A stretch of 64,000 bases of DNA from Candidatus Bathyarchaeota archaeon (GTDB taxonomy: Archaea > Thermoproteota > Bathyarchaeia > Bathyarchaeales > Bathycorpusculaceae): assembly GCA_963826715.1 (NCBI GenBank), contig CAWGYA010000008.1, forward strand, positions 1,184,001-1,248,000. Direction: 5' to 3'. The translations under genes were made by a program, and so were the position numbers. Below the pieces are notes generated by a model that was not told the DNA's origin, ran no database searches, and saw nothing but the letters and a program-made list of their open reading frames with translations. Shown here piece after piece: positions 59,886-64,000 of this stretch (the stretch's first letter is position 1; each line of letters starts with the position of its first letter).

Positions 59886-60914
59886 ATGCAAACAATTAAA
59901 CGACATAAATTTCTGGTTACGGTTACTCTTTTGTTGAGTACAATATTGGTTTTTTCAATAGTAGTTTTCGCCCAAAATATTCCTCGAATTCTATCACCGA
60001 CTCCAACTCCCTCCCCGGCTTATTCACCGACTCAAACCCCCATCCATAGCACACCAACTTCTACGATTCCCCCAAATCCAAGCTTGACAGCTTTACCCAC
60101 GCATATTTTTACTTTTCCTCCCCCATCCCCAACATATATAATTTATCTCTACCCAGGTGAAGTCACTCAGTATTCGGGGATAAATTTAACGCCGATTTTG
60201 ACCTATTCGCAATATATCATAGAGCATCCTGATGTGGCGATTGCTGGGGCACAGTACATTGACAATGAAACCTATCGCTTGTCGATAACTGGATTAGTAG
60301 ATAATGCTCAAAGCTACACTTACCCCGAGGTAGTTGAAAACTTTAATTCGACGTTGCAAGTGGCTACACTTCCATGTGTTGAAGGCTGGAGTGTGACTAT
60401 GCTCTGGCAAGGTGTTAAAATAATGGATCTTCTCCAACAAGCAGGTGTAATGTCGAGCGCCAATACTCTTATCTTTTTTGCGTCCGATGGTTACTCCTCA
60501 TCTTTGCCGCTTCAGTACATATCCCAAAACAATATTATGATTGCCTATAAAATGAACAATGTTACTCTAACACCTCAGTTGGGTTATCCCTTCTTTTTGG
60601 TAGCTCAAAACCAATATGGTTACAAATGGGTGGAGTGGATAACTTCGATTGAAGTGTCAGATAATTCGAATTATCTCGGGTACTGGGAAAGTCGGGGCTA
60701 TCCAAATGATGCTACTGTTCAAAACTTCTCAGGGGTGCCTGAGATGTTACATGATAATCCAGTTTCCATTTCTATAGCAGTGAGCTTAATAATATTTTTA
60801 GTAGTTGGGGGTGTGTTAATTTTTTCTCAGCGATCAAAGAAGACTTCATATCAATCAGATCCAATTCGGTTCATTGATGGCAAGAAGTCTTTTGATGGAA
60901 ATGTAGTGATTTGA
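59886..60914 (+). CDS. Membrane-anchored sulfite-oxidase-family molybdopterin protein
   Basis: CVEGWS..WQGV, DGYSSSLP, GYPF, YGYKWVEWI, GYWESRGY; N- and C-terminal TMs, PT-rich linker. Confidence 0.88.
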   Translation: MQTIKRHKFLVTVTLLLSTILVFSIVVFAQNIPRILSPTPTPSPAYSPTQTPIHSTPTSTIPPNPSLTALPTHIFTFPPPSPTYIIYLYPGEVTQYSGINLTPILTYSQYIIEHPDVAIAGAQYIDNETYRLSITGLVDNAQSYTYPEVVENFNSTLQVATLPCVEGWSVTMLWQGVKIMDLLQQAGVMSSANTLIFFASDGYSSSLPLQYISQNNIMIAYKMNNVTLTPQLGYPFFLVAQNQYGYKWVEWITSIEVSDNSNYLGYWESRGYPNDATVQNFSGVPEMLHDNPVSISIAVSLIIFLVVGGVLIFSQRSKKTSYQSDPIRFIDGKKSFDGNVVI

Positions 60915-60925
60915 TACGGGTACAA

Positions 60926-60956
60926 TGTACACTAATGTGCAGATAAGCCTTAAATA
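60926..60956 (+). promoter_or_regulatory. Candidate TRP boxes (TGTACA-N4-TGTGCA) and TATA of the trp operon
   Basis: TGTACA 60926-60931, TGTGCA 60936-60941, TTAAATA 60950-60956. Confidence 0.55.
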
Positions 60957-61020
60957 ATGCGCAGAAGTATGATTGTGAACTAATGAGGCATGAACTGAAT
61001 GGGGAATCGTATTTGGCACT

Positions 61021-62421
61021 ATGCCAACACAAATACAAACCCAAATCAAACCCTTAAACTACGTCAAATTTAGTTACACCAGCAACCCCTTTAATATCTT
61101 TTCAAAGTTGCACCAAAAATACCGAATCGCTTACCTTCTTGAATCTATCGAAGGTCCTCAAAAACTGGCCCAATTCTCTTTCTTAGGGTTCAATCCAAAA
61201 ACAACTATAAGCGCCAAAAACGGTGAAGTTACAGTAACCGACACAAAAACGGGCAAAACCATTACCCACCAGACCTGTGACCCCTTCCAAATCATCCAGC
61301 AGCAGCTCGCCCCCTACGACAATGACATGGTGAACTTTCGCTTCGTCGGTGGCGCCTTAGGTTATGTAGGCTACGACGCAATTCGCTATATCGAAAAACT
61401 TCCCGCTCAAAAACCAGACACGCTTGAGTTTCCCGACGTGGAAATGGGAATTTTCGAGGACGGTTTCGTGTTTGACCACACCATCAATCAGGCGTACTAT
61501 TATTTCCGCGGCGAAAACCGCCTATCCGAAATCGAGGCGCTTCTAAAAGAACCGTCTGAGAAAGAAGAGCCTTTTGCCTATACGGAGCCTCTGGTGAACA
61601 GGTCAAAAGGGGATTTTGAGGCAGCAGTTGAGAAAGCTAAGCATTACGTAACGGCAGGCGACATCTTCCAAGTCGTGCTTTCTAAACGCTTCGAGTTCCA
61701 GTACCGGGGCAGCCTGCTCGCCTTCTATCGGAGCCTGCGTCAGATTAACCCCTCACCATACATGTTCTACTATAAAGCGGGCAGCCGCCAAATCGTCGGC
61801 GCCAGCCCAGAGATGCTGGTGCGCGTGGACAGCGGCAAAGTGGTGACTTTCCCCATAGCGGGCACCGCACCCTACACCACCAACACAGCCGAGAATCTTC
61901 GGCTGGGCAAGGAGTTGCTCTCTGACCCCAAGGAGCGGGCTGAGCATGTGATGCTGGTGGATTTGGCACGCAACGATTTGGGCAGAATCAGCCGCTACGG
62001 CAGTGTTTCTGTGCCTGAGTTTATGCAGGTTCACCAGTTCAGCCACGTCCAACACATCGTCTCCCAAGTCGTTGGCGACCTCAAAGACCATTTGGAGAGC
62101 TTTGACGCGCTAAAAGCCGTATTTCCAGCGGGCACCGTTTCGGGCGCGCCCAAAGTCCGCGCTATGGAAATCATCGAGGAACTTGAGCCCTCACACCGCG
62201 GTCCATACGCTGGTGCCGTGGGCTACTTTAGTTGTAATGGCAACTCGGACTTCGCAATAACCATCCGCACCCTCTTCGCACAGGATAACCACGCCTACAT
62301 TCAGGCTGGCGCAGGTATCGTGGCAGACTCCGTGCCCGAAAAAGAGTGGTTTGAAACCGAACACAAAGCCGAGGCGCTTATGAAGGCTCTATCGCATGCA
62401 TCAGGAGGCAAAACCCAATGA
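61021..62421 (+). CDS. trpE: Anthranilate synthase component I
   Basis: LLES, NPSPYM, ASPE, PIAGT, KERAEHVMLVDLARND, GAPKVRAM. Confidence 0.95.
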   Translation: MPTQIQTQIKPLNYVKFSYTSNPFNIFSKLHQKYRIAYLLESIEGPQKLAQFSFLGFNPKTTISAKNGEVTVTDTKTGKTITHQTCDPFQIIQQQLAPYDNDMVNFRFVGGALGYVGYDAIRYIEKLPAQKPDTLEFPDVEMGIFEDGFVFDHTINQAYYYFRGENRLSEIEALLKEPSEKEEPFAYTEPLVNRSKGDFEAAVEKAKHYVTAGDIFQVVLSKRFEFQYRGSLLAFYRSLRQINPSPYMFYYKAGSRQIVGASPEMLVRVDSGKVVTFPIAGTAPYTTNTAENLRLGKELLSDPKERAEHVMLVDLARNDLGRISRYGSVSVPEFMQVHQFSHVQHIVSQVVGDLKDHLESFDALKAVFPAGTVSGAPKVRAMEIIEELEPSHRGPYAGAVGYFSCNGNSDFAITIRTLFAQDNHAYIQAGAGIVADSVPEKEWFETEHKAEALMKALSHASGGKTQ

Positions 62422-63008
62422 AAGTTTTGATAATTGATAACTATGATAGCTTCGTTTACAACCTCGTCCAGTACACTGGTGAGCAGGGCGCAGAAACCGT
62501 GGTTTACCGTAACGACCAAATCACTTTGGAGCAAGCTGCTGCCCTCAAACCCGACCGCATCGTTATCTCGCCTGGACCCGGCACCCCCGAAGATGACAAG
62601 TTTTTCGGTGTCTGCAAAGCCATCCTCCAAACACTAAGTCACAACATACCCACCCTTGGTGTTTGCCTTGGGCATCAGGGCATCATCTACAGCTACGGCG
62701 GTAAGGTGGTACATGCTAAAAAGCTGATGCATGGCAAAACCTGCATCATAAGCCACAGCGGCAAAGCCCTCTTCGACGGCGTCCGAAACCCGTTTAGCGC
62801 CACACGCTACCACTCATTGGCGGGCGAGCGCAGCAGCATACCCGACTGTCTTGAAATCACCGCCGAAGCCGTAGATGACGGAGAAATCATGGGCATCCGC
62901 CACCGCAAATTCCCAATCTACGGCGTGCAATTCCACCCCGAAAGCATACTGTGCGAGGATGGTAAAGTCATAATAAGAAACTTCCTCAAAGGAGAGAATT
63001 TGCCGTGA
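62418..63008 (+). CDS. trpG: Anthranilate synthase component II (glutamine amidotransferase)
   Basis: IDNYDSF, SPGPG, GVCLGHQ, RYHSL, QFHPES. Confidence 0.96.
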   Translation: MKVLIIDNYDSFVYNLVQYTGEQGAETVVYRNDQITLEQAAALKPDRIVISPGPGTPEDDKFFGVCKAILQTLSHNIPTLGVCLGHQGIIYSYGGKVVHAKKLMHGKTCIISHSGKALFDGVRNPFSATRYHSLAGERSSIPDCLEITAEAVDDGEIMGIRHRKFPIYGVQFHPESILCEDGKVIIRNFLKGENLP

Positions 63009-64000
63009 TACGTGAGAGCATCGCAAAGCTCGTCGAAGGCAAAGCTCTTAGTTTCGTGGAGTCGGAGGCGGTAATGGCGGAAATCATGACCGGAAAAGCC
63101 ACCAACGCGCAAACCGCAGCTTTCCTTATTGAATTGCGTCTCAAGGGCGAGTCGGTGGAGGAACTTTATGCGTTTGCGTCTGTGATGCGTGCGTATTGCC
63201 GCCAAATTCACCCCAAAGTCAGCGGGCGACTGTTGGATACATGCGGAACAGGCGGCGACAAACTCAAAACTTTCAACGTCAGCACGACGGCGGCGTTTGT
63301 GATTGCAGGTGCAGGCGTAGCCGTGGCAAAACACGGTAACCGCGCAGTTACTTCCTGCAGCGGCAGCGCCGACGTACTGGAACGCCTCGGGTTCAACCTA
63401 TCCCAATCTCCTGAAGAAGTAGAAGCAGCCATTGAGCGCGTAGGTGTGGGTTTCATGTTTGCGCCCACCTTCCATCCTGCCATGAAGCACGTGGCTCCGG
63501 TGCGCCGCGAAATCGGCATCCGAACAGTCTTCAACGTGCTAGGACCATTGACTAACCCCGCTAACGCTTCGGTGCAGTTGCTGGGTGTCTATGACCCCAC
63601 GCTTGTGACTCAGCTGGCTGCGGCTTTGGAGCGGCTGGGGTGTAGTGAAGCCCTCGTGGTGCATGGAATTGATGGGCTCGATGAGATTTCCACGGTCGGC
63701 AAAACCGTTGTTGCGCATCTTAAAGACCGCGAAATAACCGAATCCGAGATGTCGCCAGAGGATTTTGGTGTCAAAAAAACCACCGTTGCCGACTTGCAGT
63801 GTACCTCGGCTGAGGAGAGCGCACAGGTAACCATTAAAATCCTCACTGGGCAGTTGCTGGGCACGCCAAAAAGCGACATAGTACTCGTCAATGCCGCAGC
63901 AGGCATCATTGTAGGCGGGAAAGCCTCTTCGTTTGCTGAGGGCATGGAGTTAGCCCAAAAATCTATCATCAGCGGTGCAGCTTACAGTAAATTAAGTAGT
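63005..64000 (+). CDS. trpD: Anthranilate phosphoribosyltransferase (runs off the window end; absent from ORF track)
   Basis: GTG overlaps the trpG stop; MIRESIAKL...DTCGTGGD..TFNVST..KHGNR..GSAD..FAP.FHPAMK..GPLTNP..GLDE. Confidence 0.95.
   Translation, partial: MIRESIAKLVEGKALSFVESEAVMAEIMTGKATNAQTAAFLIELRLKGESVEELYAFASVMRAYCRQIHPKVSGRLLDTCGTGGDKLKTFNVSTTAAFVIAGAGVAVAKHGNRAVTSCSGSADVLERLGFNLSQSPEEVEAAIERVGVGFMFAPTFHPAMKHVAPVRREIGIRTVFNVLGPLTNPANASVQLLGVYDPTLVTQLAAALERLGCSEALVVHGIDGLDEISTVGKTVVAHLKDREITESEMSPEDFGVKKTTVADLQCTSAEESAQVTIKILTGQLLGTPKSDIVLVNAAAGIIVGGKASSFAEGMELAQKSIISGAAYSKLSS

Noticed and set aside
59995-60130. Pro/Thr repeat in the molybdopterin protein (also 40178-40205)
   Set aside because: Ordinary extracellular linker, not a DNA repeat system
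60984-61073. trp attenuator leader peptide (MGNRIWHY...)
   Set aside because: Single Trp codon, overlaps the trpE start, no terminator/antiterminator hairpins

Overview
Archaeal chromosomal DNA. The 16S sequence, L37e, the Sm protein, the PUA protein and TATA/BRE promoters point to a TACK-type archaeon, most plausibly Bathyarchaeia (inference). From left to right the window holds: a glycosyltransferase and a membrane protein; a stand-alone 16S rRNA gene with a complete bulge-helix-bulge processing stem and no linked 23S; housekeeping genes (PUA, DedA, SmAP-rpl37e, HAD, radical SAM, HIT, core-MetE, ThDP decarboxylase, SPFH/NfeD/HtrA); and a ~14 kb phosphate/polyphosphate island (AbrB-PhoU, pstSCAB-phoU, ppk2, ppx, a CHAD-metallophosphoesterase-HD triple fusion, ppk1, a degenerate GIY-YIG-like gene, CYTH). 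Next is an orphan small-terminase-like plus large-terminase pair with a +1 frameshift and no other viral genes. It lies in a strongly A/C-skewed tract and is followed by a candidate structured RNA. The remainder contains rps10, an AN1-M50 protease, mre11-rad50, a tetrapyrrole/anaerobic corrin cluster (including a CbiX-CbiC fusion and a domain-swapped CbiA-like amidotransferase), several small unannotated ORFs, and trpE-trpG-trpD with candidate TRP boxes. The best candidates for undescribed biology are the orphan terminase module and the polyphosphate island with its shared operator-like motif. All protein calls come from recognising motifs by eye, without database searches.
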